Source: Ignavibacteriales bacterium (GTDB lineage Bacteria > Bacteroidota > Ignavibacteria > Ignavibacteriales > DAOSCP01). Taken from it: a stretch of DNA of 64,000 nt. The translations under genes were made by a program, and so were the position numbers. The notes beneath the pieces are model-generated. The model did no database searches, was not told the origin of the DNA, and saw only the letters and a list, made by a program, of their open reading frames with translations. This document shows positions 9,747 to 19,887 of this stretch, one piece after another; within the stretch, counting starts at the first letter, position 1; each line of letters opens with the position of its first letter. The stretch is taken from contig DAOSCP010000001.1 of the NCBI GenBank assembly GCA_035361425.1, positions 275,412 to 339,411 on the forward strand, written 5' to 3'.

Positions 9747-11222
9747 TTAAAATTTCCATCTGTTTCCAATAGCAAAATTGAATTTTTTGGATGAATTTGG
9801 TGCAAATAGACTATATAAATCCAGTGTAGCTATATCAAATTCCCAGAGACCCGTATCAAAACCTAATCCAAATGCCCAATTAAAACCATATTTACCACCG
9901 GCGGAAAATCCAGTTCGAATATAAGGTGCCCACTCTGATGGAATATTATAATTAAAACCAAGTGAAAATCTTGGAGTTGTTGAATTGCCTAATTCATTAT
10001 TAAAACCTTGATTATAATTAAATTCAACAAATAACCTACCCGGTATTTCTTTAATAAATTTTTGTAATTCAGTAGCTACTCCAATTCTTAATGCTGTTGG
10101 TAAACTGGTAGTAAAACTGCCCGTATATCTACCGTAATATTTCAAAGAATCGCCAAGATTTTCTGTTTGTTTTTTATCTGTAAAAGATGTAATTTTTCTA
10201 GAATTATTTGCTTCATAAACTGCTATTTTTTTATCCCATTTCACGCTACCAATATCTGTAATAGCAAAACCTAAAAGGAATAAATCATCACTTGTTGAAG
10301 CAGAAAAGCCTATATCAAACCCTAATCCAGAACCAGCAGGCTTGCTAAAAGGGGATACATTCGCAGAACCATCACTGGCTATAGAATCGAAATCATATTT
10401 TACATTCATATCTGGAGATGTAGCTATTAATATTTTAAATTTATTTGTAATGGTTGTCGTAACATTATTATTTAAATTTTCTGTCAAAATAGATAACTCG
10501 TTGGATTGAGTTTTTGCATAAGCCAAGCCATTTACAATTTTAAATGAAAGCCCTGCAGATATGTTTTTAAAACCATCAATTTTTACTTCATTAATGTATC
10601 TTGAATAGCTAAAATTATACTCAGTAAACACACCTGCTTTAATATTTAACTTATTAAAGTTTAACAATTTTAAAGAATTTGTACCTTCTGGTAAATTTAT
10701 ATTATCAATTAGAAAATGAAAAAAAGATTTAGGTAATTGAACATCTGATACAAATCTACTATTAAGAGCAAACCCAAAACTGCCATAATTTTCTGGCATA
10801 TTATAACTAAAAGCTAACAATGATGTATTAAAGGAGAGTTCCATTTTAGCATCATTTGAAAAAATATCTTTAAATTTATTTTTATCTGAATTAGTTAATT
10901 TTCTACCTACAGTTTCACCATTTGCACCTTTAACACCACCGAAGAAATAATTAATTTCTTCAAATGTCATAAAATTACGGTATGCAGAAAATTTGAGTGA
11001 TGGCAACAATGGAATATATAAATCGAAATTGTAATTATCACCAAAAATATTCGATTGGACCAAATTAGCTGGATTTTTACCAAAAGAATAAATACCACGA
11101 GAGGATACAACATAAGTATTTGCCATACCGTATGAAGTTGGATCAAAAGCACCATCAGAACCTAATCCATTTTGTGCAAATAATCCAAAAGTTATTACTA
11201 ATAAATTTATAATTTTTTTCAT
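9747..11222 (-). CDS. Outer-membrane beta-barrel protein (FadL/PorV-like N-terminal motif), hypothetical
   Basis: It has a signal peptide. The GMANTYVVSSRG...NPANL motif is as in FadL/PorV-type barrels. It shows an alternating beta-strand pattern and a C-terminal ...NRWKF beta-signal. Confidence 0.5.
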   Translation of the reverse strand: MKKIINLLVITFGLFAQNGLGSDGAFDPTSYGMANTYVVSSRGIYSFGKNPANLVQSNIFGDNYNFDLYIPLLPSLKFSAYRNFMTFEEINYFFGGVKGANGETVGRKLTNSDKNKFKDIFSNDAKMELSFNTSLLAFSYNMPENYGSFGFALNSRFVSDVQLPKSFFHFLIDNINLPEGTNSLKLLNFNKLNIKAGVFTEYNFSYSRYINEVKIDGFKNISAGLSFKIVNGLAYAKTQSNELSILTENLNNNVTTTITNKFKILIATSPDMNVKYDFDSIASDGSANVSPFSKPAGSGLGFDIGFSASTSDDLFLLGFAITDIGSVKWDKKIAVYEANNSRKITSFTDKKQTENLGDSLKYYGRYTGSFTTSLPTALRIGVATELQKFIKEIPGRLFVEFNYNQGFNNELGNSTTPRFSLGFNYNIPSEWAPYIRTGFSAGGKYGFNWAFGLGFDTGLWEFDIATLDLYSLFAPNSSKKFNFAIGNRWKF

Positions 11223-11236
11223 ATTGCATCCTTTCT

Positions 11237-13312
11237 TTATAGATTATCTGGATTAAGTTCAAAATCCATTTTAATATAAGCTTTAATTTTTATAGTCTGA
11301 TCAGTTGTAAACTCTACTAATTTAGAAGAGGCTGCGTCTTTTGTATTTATTCTAAAATCAATTATTGCTTTATCTAAATCAAATAATTTATCAATATATT
11401 TTGTAGATATCTCCTGAATAACAATTTTTTTATAAGACTGCGTTACTTTTCCATCATCATTTACATAAGCTGCAGGGATATAAATAGAATCACTTTTAAG
11501 AAGTGTATCTGTAATTGGAACATTAAACAATAAATCGCCATTTTTATCAATTATTTTTACATTTGCATAAACACTTGCAGGTATACCATTATCAATATCT
11601 AACACAATTCTTATTTTTTTTATATCATTTGCTTTTTTACGATCATCTTCCGAAGGTGGGTCAATGCTATCAGTAGTATCAGTATAAGCACCATTGTCAA
11701 TTGAAATTTTAAGAGGAATTTCAACAGTATATGATGGTGTTACAGTATTTGTATCAAAAACAGTTACCGTACTATAATTTGGGTTAAATACTGGAGATAT
11801 ATTATAATTAAGCTTACTTATCATTTTACCGTTTAGGCTATTAAGAAAATTAGCTAAATTTAAGCTAATAGTAGGATTACTTTCATCAATATAGTCATTG
11901 AGTACTATATCATTTGTTGCTTCTGCTGCACTTATTTTACCAGTAATTTTAACAGGGATATTAGTCGTCATATTAAAGTTTAATTTTATTTTAGCTAACT
12001 CGCTAAATAATAATTTATTAAAAGTTAAATTGTCAAAATTAGCATCTCCAGTTGCAAAATCTGCAGTTTCAATAATAGGATCTAACGAAGTAGGCTTTAC
12101 TTTTGCTTTAGCTTCTTTTATTATAAACTTATCTGTATTAGTATTTATTATTATTTTGTCATCTACAGATATATTCTTATAATCATTTTTATTTAATGAA
12201 CTATCAAGTTCCGAGATTACCACATAACGTATGAAATCTACAACATCATTTGGATTTTTTCCTCTTAATTGATAATTAGCAAAATTTAAAACTACTCTTG
12301 TTACTGTTTTTGGTGATATATATAAAGATGTATCAAATGGTATTGTAGAAAGTGGTGATCTATATATATCATAAAATACAATATTTGTTTTTGCTCCCAA
12401 TGATAATTGGTTATCGATATCAATACTAATTTTACCACTTCTAAAATTTGCATAATATACTTTAAGAGAATCACTATTATCTAACTTTATAGAATCATTA
12501 TCAACTATTGGAGTTTGCGATGGAACTATTACAAGACCATTTTTTATAAATATAGTTGATTTTTCAATAACAAAAAGCCCTGTTTGCTGTGGTGCAATAA
12601 AAGAACTATTAGATTGTGTACTTTGAATATTTAAAATTGCCTTAATATTATTTTTGATTAGTGAGTTTTGAATAAGTGGAATATCAGTCAGTATTGACTG
12701 ACCTGCCGGAATAACGATAGGCGTATTATAATTTGCTACATCACCACTGTTATCTGCATTTTTTATAACAATACTAGAAATTGTTAACTGAACACCGGAA
12801 TTTGCAGGGAAACTATTCGTAATTGTTAATTTTAACGAACCACTTTCTATTGTTGCATATTGAAAGTCATCAATAGGATCCAATATTACCTCTTGTGTAC
12901 CAGATACAGCAGGGAACCAAGCAACATTTTGCCCCGGGGAAATTCCATTTGTCCAATCATAACCAATATTGCTTTCAACTCTACTAACATCTACTTTAAA
13001 ATTATCTTTTCCAGATGTCAATTGCTGGATTTGTGCCTCACTGGAAATTTTGTCACCAATTGTAATAGTGGAAAGAGTTTTTGTTTGCCTAAAAATCAAT
13101 AAATTATTTGATGTTTTTGTAATATTAGTTGTATCTTTTTTAATAGCATCCCATAAAGTATAAGATTTATCTAGTATAGGTATTGTAATTCCTTCATAGG
13201 ATATTATCGGAGCCTTAAATTCATTGGGTAGATCAATACAGCCCGTAATTGTTAATAAATATACTAAACTTAATAAACTTACAATTTTTTTCATAAGAAC
13301 TCCTAATTTCAA
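11237..13312 (-). CDS. Large hypothetical lipoprotein
   Basis: It carries a lipobox, LLTITGC. The true start is probably the second Met at 13294. No recognisable catalytic motif. Confidence 0.6.
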   Translation of the reverse strand: MKLGVLMKKIVSLLSLVYLLTITGCIDLPNEFKAPIISYEGITIPILDKSYTLWDAIKKDTTNITKTSNNLLIFRQTKTLSTITIGDKISSEAQIQQLTSGKDNFKVDVSRVESNIGYDWTNGISPGQNVAWFPAVSGTQEVILDPIDDFQYATIESGSLKLTITNSFPANSGVQLTISSIVIKNADNSGDVANYNTPIVIPAGQSILTDIPLIQNSLIKNNIKAILNIQSTQSNSSFIAPQQTGLFVIEKSTIFIKNGLVIVPSQTPIVDNDSIKLDNSDSLKVYYANFRSGKISIDIDNQLSLGAKTNIVFYDIYRSPLSTIPFDTSLYISPKTVTRVVLNFANYQLRGKNPNDVVDFIRYVVISELDSSLNKNDYKNISVDDKIIINTNTDKFIIKEAKAKVKPTSLDPIIETADFATGDANFDNLTFNKLLFSELAKIKLNFNMTTNIPVKITGKISAAEATNDIVLNDYIDESNPTISLNLANFLNSLNGKMISKLNYNISPVFNPNYSTVTVFDTNTVTPSYTVEIPLKISIDNGAYTDTTDSIDPPSEDDRKKANDIKKIRIVLDIDNGIPASVYANVKIIDKNGDLLFNVPITDTLLKSDSIYIPAAYVNDDGKVTQSYKKIVIQEISTKYIDKLFDLDKAIIDFRINTKDAASSKLVEFTTDQTIKIKAYIKMDFELNPDNL

Positions 13313-13460
13313 ATTTAATATAATAATAAAAGTATTCTAATACAATAGCTTATTATTAAATAATTGTTAATTTTATTTTATACAATATTTACTTTGTTTT
13401 ACTTTGTTTTGTTGTTTTTTTTTCATAACTTTATTTTTTAAATTATTAAAGGTTATAAAA

Positions 13461-14207
13461 GTGCAAAATTTTAATAAAATTTTTATCATACTATCGTTAA
13501 CATTCGCTTTCATAAGTTGTTCGTCAACAAAAGATTTATCGAAATTATCCGCCAATGAAAAATTTGAGAAAGCAAAACTTGCTTACAATAATAAAGATTT
13601 TGATGAAGCAGTTCAAATTTTACAATCTATTTTAATTGAATATCCTGGAAGAGAAATTATTGATAGCACTCAATATTATTTAGCATTGTGCAGATACCAA
13701 AAAGAGGAATATTTAATGGCTAGTTATGAATTTAGCAAACTAATTCAAAATATGCCATTAAGCCCTTTAGTTCCAGAGGCACAATATATGTTAGCTGATT
13801 GTTATTACAGATTATCTCCACCTATGCCGCTTGATCAAAAATATACAAAAAAAGCTATCGAAGAGTTCCAAGCTTTCATTGATTTTTATCCACAACATAA
13901 ACTCGTAAAAGAAGCATCTGAAAAAATTTCCATATTAATAGAAAAATTGGCATATAAAGATTACAACGCCGCTTATATTTACGAAAGAATGGAAAACTAC
14001 AACGCAGCTATTTTCTTTTATTCTCAAATTATTGAAAATTATCACGATACTAAATATGCACCTTTAGCTTTAGTTAATAAAATTAAGCTCGAAATCTTGA
14101 AAAAAAGATATGATAATGCTAAAGAAGATATCGAAAAATTCAAAGAAAAATATTCATCCAGTGAATTGTTAAAAGATATTCTCGAAATTGAAAAGTCATT
14201 AAATTAA
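13461..14207 (+). CDS. bamD: Outer membrane protein assembly factor BamD (TPR lipoprotein)
   Basis: TPR-like repeats resemble the BamD/YfiO pattern (YFEKAKLAYNNKDFDEAV...YPGREII...QYYLALCRY). The track ORF starts at 13404, but the in-frame GTG at 13461 gives a clean lipoprotein signal, MQNFNKIFIILSLTFAFISCSS. Confidence 0.75.
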   Translation: MQNFNKIFIILSLTFAFISCSSTKDLSKLSANEKFEKAKLAYNNKDFDEAVQILQSILIEYPGREIIDSTQYYLALCRYQKEEYLMASYEFSKLIQNMPLSPLVPEAQYMLADCYYRLSPPMPLDQKYTKKAIEEFQAFIDFYPQHKLVKEASEKISILIEKLAYKDYNAAYIYERMENYNAAIFFYSQIIENYHDTKYAPLALVNKIKLEILKKRYDNAKEDIEKFKEKYSSSELLKDILEIEKSLN

Positions 14208-15721
14208 TGTACAAGATATTTTTTATAATTCTTTTTGCAACATTTTCTTTTGGCAGCAATCTTGATGTTTTATTTAATAAATTCATATCGATTTACAATA
14301 AAACAAAAACTGAAAAGCTAACTACTGAAAATATTCACAAATGTAATTTTGAAACAATTTATAATATCAAAACCAATTTTCACCTTTTTAATAAATTTCA
14401 ACAAAATTTAATCGAATATCATTTAAATAGTGTAACTATTACTGATACTTTTATTATATCTCCCAGTGGCAAATTTCGTATTAATTTCAGCAAAGCTCTT
14501 TCATCATATCCAAAGTATAATGTTGATAGCGTTGGCATAATTATTGACTCTGTTTACAAATATCAAGTTGAGTACTTAGGTTTTATCCCTCCCAAAGGGA
14601 AAGTAGATGATATTTATGACATTTATATAAATAATATTTCCGATTATGGCTATACTGAACTATTATACCAAAATCCTATCCGCAGCCAAATTGTTTTATC
14701 TACAGATTATTCTAATTATTACACAAGTGGATTAGAAGCTATAAAAGTAACATTAGCACACGAATTTCACCACGCTATTCAATTTAATTACAAATTACCA
14801 GATAGTGATATTTTCTTCTATGAGCTTACATCTACCTCAATGGAAGAATTTGTTTTTCCAGAAATTAATGATTATGTACACTATATTAAAAATTATAAAC
14901 CTTACTATAATTTTAAATTTGGTGACGGTTATTCCCAGGCAGTTTGGAATTTATTTTTAGTAGAATATTTTAATGATATTAGCATTATCAAAACTCAATG
15001 GGAGTTTTTTAGAACAAATTCTGCATTAAATTCAATTGAACTTTCATTAAAAAGTAAAGGAGAAAAATTTTTAACTGTTTTTCCTGCATTTGCAAGTAGT
15101 TTACTACCAAATAATAGATATAAATACTATAAAGACTGGGAATTTTTCCCTAAATTAAAATTTATACCTTTATTAAAATATCCAAATACAACAAATTATT
15201 TAACAGATATAGCATATGGCGGAATAAGATACTTCGGTGTTATAAAAGATAACATCGATACCAGCTATGCATTTCTAATAAACTCTAATTCAAAAGCAGC
15301 CAACGAAGCTCAAACTGATAATGAAGGTGTTGGCGTAGAGCTAATTATTTCTAAAAACCAAATTTCTAATTCTCAAATTTTATCCAATGGCTTATATATA
15401 GCAGCTAATTTTAATAAATATGACGAAGGAAATAAGTTATTTACGCAAGGCGAAATATCAAATCTTTCCAGTATCACTATTTATCCAAATCCTATTGTAA
15501 TGACAAAAAATAATTTATTAAATTTAAGGTTTAACACTCATATTACTTCTTGCGAATTAGACATTTTTGATATAAATTATAATAAGAAAATTAATAAAAT
15601 TCTTTATAATAATAACTTATTCCAAATCGTGCTGGATAATAATTTATCAACGGGTATTTATTTTGTCAATATCAAAGCAGATGGAAAAGTTTTTAAAACT
15701 AAAATTGCCGTAATAAAATAG
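14207..15721 (+). CDS. Secreted putative zinc metalloprotease with T9SS C-terminal sorting domain
   Basis: It has a signal peptide and an HExxH motif (TLAHEFHHAIQF). The C-terminal ~80 aa, ITIYPNP...GIYFVNIKADGKVFKTKIAVIK, are typical of a T9SS CTD. Confidence 0.65.
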   Translation: MYKIFFIILFATFSFGSNLDVLFNKFISIYNKTKTEKLTTENIHKCNFETIYNIKTNFHLFNKFQQNLIEYHLNSVTITDTFIISPSGKFRINFSKALSSYPKYNVDSVGIIIDSVYKYQVEYLGFIPPKGKVDDIYDIYINNISDYGYTELLYQNPIRSQIVLSTDYSNYYTSGLEAIKVTLAHEFHHAIQFNYKLPDSDIFFYELTSTSMEEFVFPEINDYVHYIKNYKPYYNFKFGDGYSQAVWNLFLVEYFNDISIIKTQWEFFRTNSALNSIELSLKSKGEKFLTVFPAFASSLLPNNRYKYYKDWEFFPKLKFIPLLKYPNTTNYLTDIAYGGIRYFGVIKDNIDTSYAFLINSNSKAANEAQTDNEGVGVELIISKNQISNSQILSNGLYIAANFNKYDEGNKLFTQGEISNLSSITIYPNPIVMTKNNLLNLRFNTHITSCELDIFDINYNKKINKILYNNNLFQIVLDNNLSTGIYFVNIKADGKVFKTKIAVIK

Positions 15722-15728
15722 TGAGGTT

Positions 15729-16682
15729 ATTATTACTGGATTAGTTACAAAAATAGAAAGTATTAATTATTATGTCAAATGCGAAGATAAAATTTATCAT
15801 TGTTTCTTAAAAGGAAATTTTAAAAAGAAATTTGAATATAAAAAGAATAAATTAATCACAACTGATATAGTTGTAGTAGGCGATTATGTTGATTTTGAAC
15901 TTAATAAAGAAGGATTTGGACTAATTCACAAAATACACAAAAGGAAAAATTATCTTTCGAGAAAAGCACCACGAATTAAAGGTGCTACAATAAAAGGCTC
16001 AAGATTAGAACAAGTTTTAGCAGCAAATATAGATAATGCTATAATTGTAATGTCTCCCAAAACGCCCCAGTTTAATAATCGCACTCTGGATAGATATATT
16101 GTAACTGCAAAAGCCTGTAATATACCAGAAACAATTGTAATTAATAAAATTGACTTAGCCGATGAAGATTTTAAATATTGGATAAATTTATACCAAAAAA
16201 CCGGCCACAATATTATCACTGTATCTGCAACCGAAAACATCAATATTGATAAATTAAAATCACTAATTGATAAAAAAGTTTCTGTTTTTTGGGGACCTTC
16301 CGGCGTCGGCAAAAGCTCTCTCATCAATACTATTTACCCGCAAGCAAATTTAAGGGTTGGTGATATATCAGATTATACAACAAAAGGAAGACATACAACA
16401 GTAACAGCACAACTTATTGAAATAGAGAAGGATACATATCTGATCGATACACCTGGTATACGAGAAATTGAACCATTCGGTGTTTCCAAGATTGATTTAG
16501 GACATTATTTTAATGATATCGCAAAATACATTCCAGATTGCAAATTTAATACTTGCACCCACGAACACGAACCAGATTGCGCCGTCAGAGAAGCATTCTA
16601 TAAAGGAAAAATTTCAGAAGAAAGATATTTGAGTTATCTTAATATGCTTGATAGTATCGAAGAAGATATTAATTATTTGTAA
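15729..16682 (+). CDS. rsgA: Ribosome small-subunit-dependent GTPase A; start codon uncertain
   Basis: It is a circularly permuted GTPase, with NKID before the GPSGVGKSS P-loop, and a zinc knuckle CKFNTCTHEHEPDC. The OB-fold N-terminus (ITGLVTKIESINYYVKC...) is encoded in-frame from 15717 but has no ATG, GTG or TTG before 16050. Confidence 0.8.
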   Translation: MITGLVTKIESINYYVKCEDKIYHCFLKGNFKKKFEYKKNKLITTDIVVVGDYVDFELNKEGFGLIHKIHKRKNYLSRKAPRIKGATIKGSRLEQVLAANIDNAIIVMSPKTPQFNNRTLDRYIVTAKACNIPETIVINKIDLADEDFKYWINLYQKTGHNIITVSATENINIDKLKSLIDKKVSVFWGPSGVGKSSLINTIYPQANLRVGDISDYTTKGRHTTVTAQLIEIEKDTYLIDTPGIREIEPFGVSKIDLGHYFNDIAKYIPDCKFNTCTHEHEPDCAVREAFYKGKISEERYLSYLNMLDSIEEDINYL

Positions 16683-16824
16683 ATTTTATTTAATTCATAT
16701 TTGCAAATAATATTATTTTTTCACCTTACCGCAATAATTAATTTGCATATATTATCAATATTTTGTAAATATTGTATAATAATTTTTTAATATTTTACAC
16801 CATTCATTTTATAGGAGTAGCAAA

Positions 16825-19800
16825 ATGCGTAAAGTGATTTTTTTCATTTTTTGTGCAATATTAGTATTTGCACAACAAAAACCACCTATTTATATTGCTT
16901 TCCATTGGCATATGCATCAACCAATTTATTGGCCTTATGAAACTGTTTGGCAAACACAACAAAGGGGAGCATACAGTTATAATGTTGTAGACATTTTTAA
17001 TCAAAGAACTGGACCATACACAAGCTGGCCAAAAGATGCTGTATATAAAGGAATTAACAACGGATTAGGAAATTTTGGGGCTCAGGTTAGTTTATCTGGC
17101 TCATTGATTGAAAATTTAAATAATCTTGAAAGTGGTGGAAATGGTAATTTTTCTGGATGGAAAAACCATTGGAAAGATATTGCAAGCAAAAAAACCGTTA
17201 AAAATAATCCTCGTATTGATTTAGTTGCATTTGGATATCACCACCCGCTAATGGGATTAATAGATTATGAAGATATCCGCAAACAAATACAAATGCATAG
17301 GGAAATTATTACTTCAAATTTTAATGTAAGTTATTCAAAAGGTATTTTCCCACCCGAAAATGCATTTACCCCAAGAATGATACCAGCATTAGTAGATGAA
17401 GGATTGCAGTGGGTAATGGTTGATAATATCCATTTTGATAGAGCTGCAGAAGGATATCCATTTAACACTGGTGGTAATTTATATGAACCTAATAAAGCCG
17501 ATATACAAAATCCTAACCCTAACGATTGGGTTCAATTAAATGGATTGTGGGCACCGACAAAAGTTTCTGCTGGTTGGGGACATAAACCTCATTATGTAAA
17601 ATATATAAATCCAAACACAGGACAAGAATATAAAATTATAGCTGTTCCTACAAGTAGATATTTAGGTAATGAAGATGGAAGAGGCGGCTTTGGAGCATTG
17701 AATTATGAACAAGTAATGAGCCAATTAGAATTTGCTAATAACGACCCTCAACATCCAATTTTAGTAGTATTACACCATGATGGCGATAACTATGGAGGCG
17801 GAAGCTCTGGATATTACGGAAGCAATTTTGATAATTTTGTAAACTGGTTAAAAGCTAATCCTACAAGATTCGTTTGCACAACTATTCAAGATTATCTCGA
17901 TATGTTTCCTCCTGATCCAAATGATGTTATTTGGGTAGAAGATGGAAGTTGGTCTGGTGCAGATAACGGCGATCCTGAATTCTTAAAATGGAACGGTGAT
18001 CCAGGTCCTGATGGTTACAGTCCAGATAGAAACAGCTGGGGAATTGTCACTGCAGCAAAAAATTATGTTATTACAGCAGATAAAATTGATCCTAACAATA
18101 ATAATACTAAATTAGCCTGGAAATATCTAACAGTAGCACAAACAAGTTGTTACTGGTATTGGGACGGTTCTGAAAATGGGGTATGGGATTCTCATCCTGC
18201 TCGTGCTTGCAACGAAGCTGTAAAATATGCACAATTGGTATTGAATAATAATGACCAGGTTGGCCCAAATATTTATGTGCCTCAAAGAGAACCTTACAAT
18301 CCCGGTGCAACTGAATGGAATATTGGAAAACCAAAAGATTTTACTGTTTGGACTTATGTATATGATGTGAGTGGCCTATCTTATGTAAAACTCAAATATA
18401 GAACAAGAAATGATGATTCTTATAAACTTACAAGTGACAATTTCACTTACTCTGGTGGTGCTAATGTAGGAAATTGGCAAGAAATCTCAATGACTTCTAA
18501 AACAATTCAATCCAGAACTAACCCTGCTCCTACTGTTAAAGCTGACGAATACTCCGCAGTAATATCTGGAATAACCAATAAATTAGTTGATTATTATGTT
18601 GAGGCAATGGACACAAAAGGTAATGTAACTAAAAGCGCTATTAAACATGTATGGGTAGGTAATGGTAGTGGTGGCAATAGTAACCCTTCAGGCAGTGTAA
18701 CATGGATACCACAAAGCCCTAGTAAAGATGATAAAATTACAATTAAAATTGTTAGTTCAAAAACTGGCAAATTACACTGGGGAGTAAATCCTGTAGGTAG
18801 CACTTGGACAACTCCTAACCAAACATACTGGCATACTGGTTCTACATTATTTAACAATAGCGGACCAGCAATTGAAAGTCCTCTTACAAAAGTTGGGGAT
18901 ACACTCAAAATTGAATTAGGCCCGTTTAACAACAGTGCTCAAATTGTTAATTCTATTGCTTTTGTAATTCATTACGATGATAATACCTGGGATAATAACG
19001 GTGGCAACGATTATAAAATTATAATTAGTGGAAATTCTGGTGGTAGCGAACCTCCTGTTACATTTAACATGGATGGTAATTTAGATGAAAACGCTAAAAC
19101 TGCTGCTGAAAATGGAAATGAAAAACTCTATTATATCTACAGTGGTGGTAAATTATACCTGGCAACAAAATCTGCTCAATCTTATGGAAAAGATGTTTTC
19201 ATCTTTGTTTCAAAAACACAACTATCAAACACAGTAAACGCTCCTTGGGCTAAAGCTGGAAACGTTGGCTCTTATGATTACTTCCTTGCCAACGAAAGTA
19301 CAAATAACTGGTCAGGTTGGTTTAATTCTTCAGGTAATGTAATTTCAACACTACAACAAAAATCTGGTAGCTACCTTGAAGGTGTTATTGATTTAGTTAA
19401 TAATTTAAATTTGACAAATCCAGAAAAAATTTATGTTGCCGTTGGAATGTATAATACTAATGATAATGGTAATTTAGAATTACAAATACCTCAAGGTAAT
19501 GGAAATGGCGATATTGAAACTACAGAATTTTTTGAGCTTAACTTAACTCAACCAACAAGTAACGAAACCAGTACTATTATTAAAAATTATTTAACAATTT
19601 CTAGTTATCCCAATCCTTTTAATCCAGCAACAAGGATAAAATACCATATCCCATTAAATGGAAATGTTAAAGTTGAAATTTATAACAACTTAGGTGAAAA
19701 AATATCCACACTTGCTGATAGATATCATACAGCTGGCGAATATACAATAAATTTTGATGCAAAAGATTTAGGTACTGGTATTTATTACGCTGTTGTAAAA

Positions 19801-19845
19801 ATGGAAAAACAAATTAAGACACATAAACTAATGTTAATCAAATAA
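16825..19845 (+). CDS. Secreted GH57-family alpha-glucan-active glycoside hydrolase with extra beta-rich domains and a T9SS CTD
   Basis: It has a signal peptide. The GH57-type motifs are FHWHMHQP, FGYHHPLMGL and IFPPENAF. The C-terminal part is long and Gly/Asn/Trp-rich (CBM-like). It ends in YPNPFNPATRIKY...GIYYAVVKMEKQIKTHKLMLIK. Confidence 0.7.
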   Translation: MRKVIFFIFCAILVFAQQKPPIYIAFHWHMHQPIYWPYETVWQTQQRGAYSYNVVDIFNQRTGPYTSWPKDAVYKGINNGLGNFGAQVSLSGSLIENLNNLESGGNGNFSGWKNHWKDIASKKTVKNNPRIDLVAFGYHHPLMGLIDYEDIRKQIQMHREIITSNFNVSYSKGIFPPENAFTPRMIPALVDEGLQWVMVDNIHFDRAAEGYPFNTGGNLYEPNKADIQNPNPNDWVQLNGLWAPTKVSAGWGHKPHYVKYINPNTGQEYKIIAVPTSRYLGNEDGRGGFGALNYEQVMSQLEFANNDPQHPILVVLHHDGDNYGGGSSGYYGSNFDNFVNWLKANPTRFVCTTIQDYLDMFPPDPNDVIWVEDGSWSGADNGDPEFLKWNGDPGPDGYSPDRNSWGIVTAAKNYVITADKIDPNNNNTKLAWKYLTVAQTSCYWYWDGSENGVWDSHPARACNEAVKYAQLVLNNNDQVGPNIYVPQREPYNPGATEWNIGKPKDFTVWTYVYDVSGLSYVKLKYRTRNDDSYKLTSDNFTYSGGANVGNWQEISMTSKTIQSRTNPAPTVKADEYSAVISGITNKLVDYYVEAMDTKGNVTKSAIKHVWVGNGSGGNSNPSGSVTWIPQSPSKDDKITIKIVSSKTGKLHWGVNPVGSTWTTPNQTYWHTGSTLFNNSGPAIESPLTKVGDTLKIELGPFNNSAQIVNSIAFVIHYDDNTWDNNGGNDYKIIISGNSGGSEPPVTFNMDGNLDENAKTAAENGNEKLYYIYSGGKLYLATKSAQSYGKDVFIFVSKTQLSNTVNAPWAKAGNVGSYDYFLANESTNNWSGWFNSSGNVISTLQQKSGSYLEGVIDLVNNLNLTNPEKIYVAVGMYNTNDNGNLELQIPQGNGNGDIETTEFFELNLTQPTSNETSTIIKNYLTISSYPNPFNPATRIKYHIPLNGNVKVEIYNNLGEKISTLADRYHTAGEYTINFDAKDLGTGIYYAVVKMEKQIKTHKLMLIK

Positions 19846-19847
19846 CT

Positions 19848-19876
19848 AAAAGGGGCAGCCATAAGCTGCCCCTTTT
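19848..19876. terminator. Bidirectional intrinsic terminator between convergent genes
   Basis: It reads AAAA-GGGGCAGC-CATAA-GCTGCCCC-TTTT. Confidence 0.8.
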
Positions 19877-19887
19877 AGTTTTATATA

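Noticed and set aside
9599-9805. 68-aa minus-strand ORF spanning the 9597-9746 intergenic region
   Set aside because: It runs through the terminator hairpin, overlaps the end of the barrel gene, and has no RBS.
13381-13420. Tandem TACTTTGTTT x2 and a T-run upstream of bamD as a possible repeat element
   Set aside because: There are only two copies of a 10-mer in an AT-rich divergent promoter region, which is too short to distinguish from chance.
15950-16327. Minus-strand 125-aa ORF inside rsgA
   Set aside because: It is antisense to a well-supported GTPase gene and has no independent signals.
18107-18932. Minus-strand ORFs 18107..18334 and 18594..18932
   Set aside because: They are antisense shadows within the GH57 gene.
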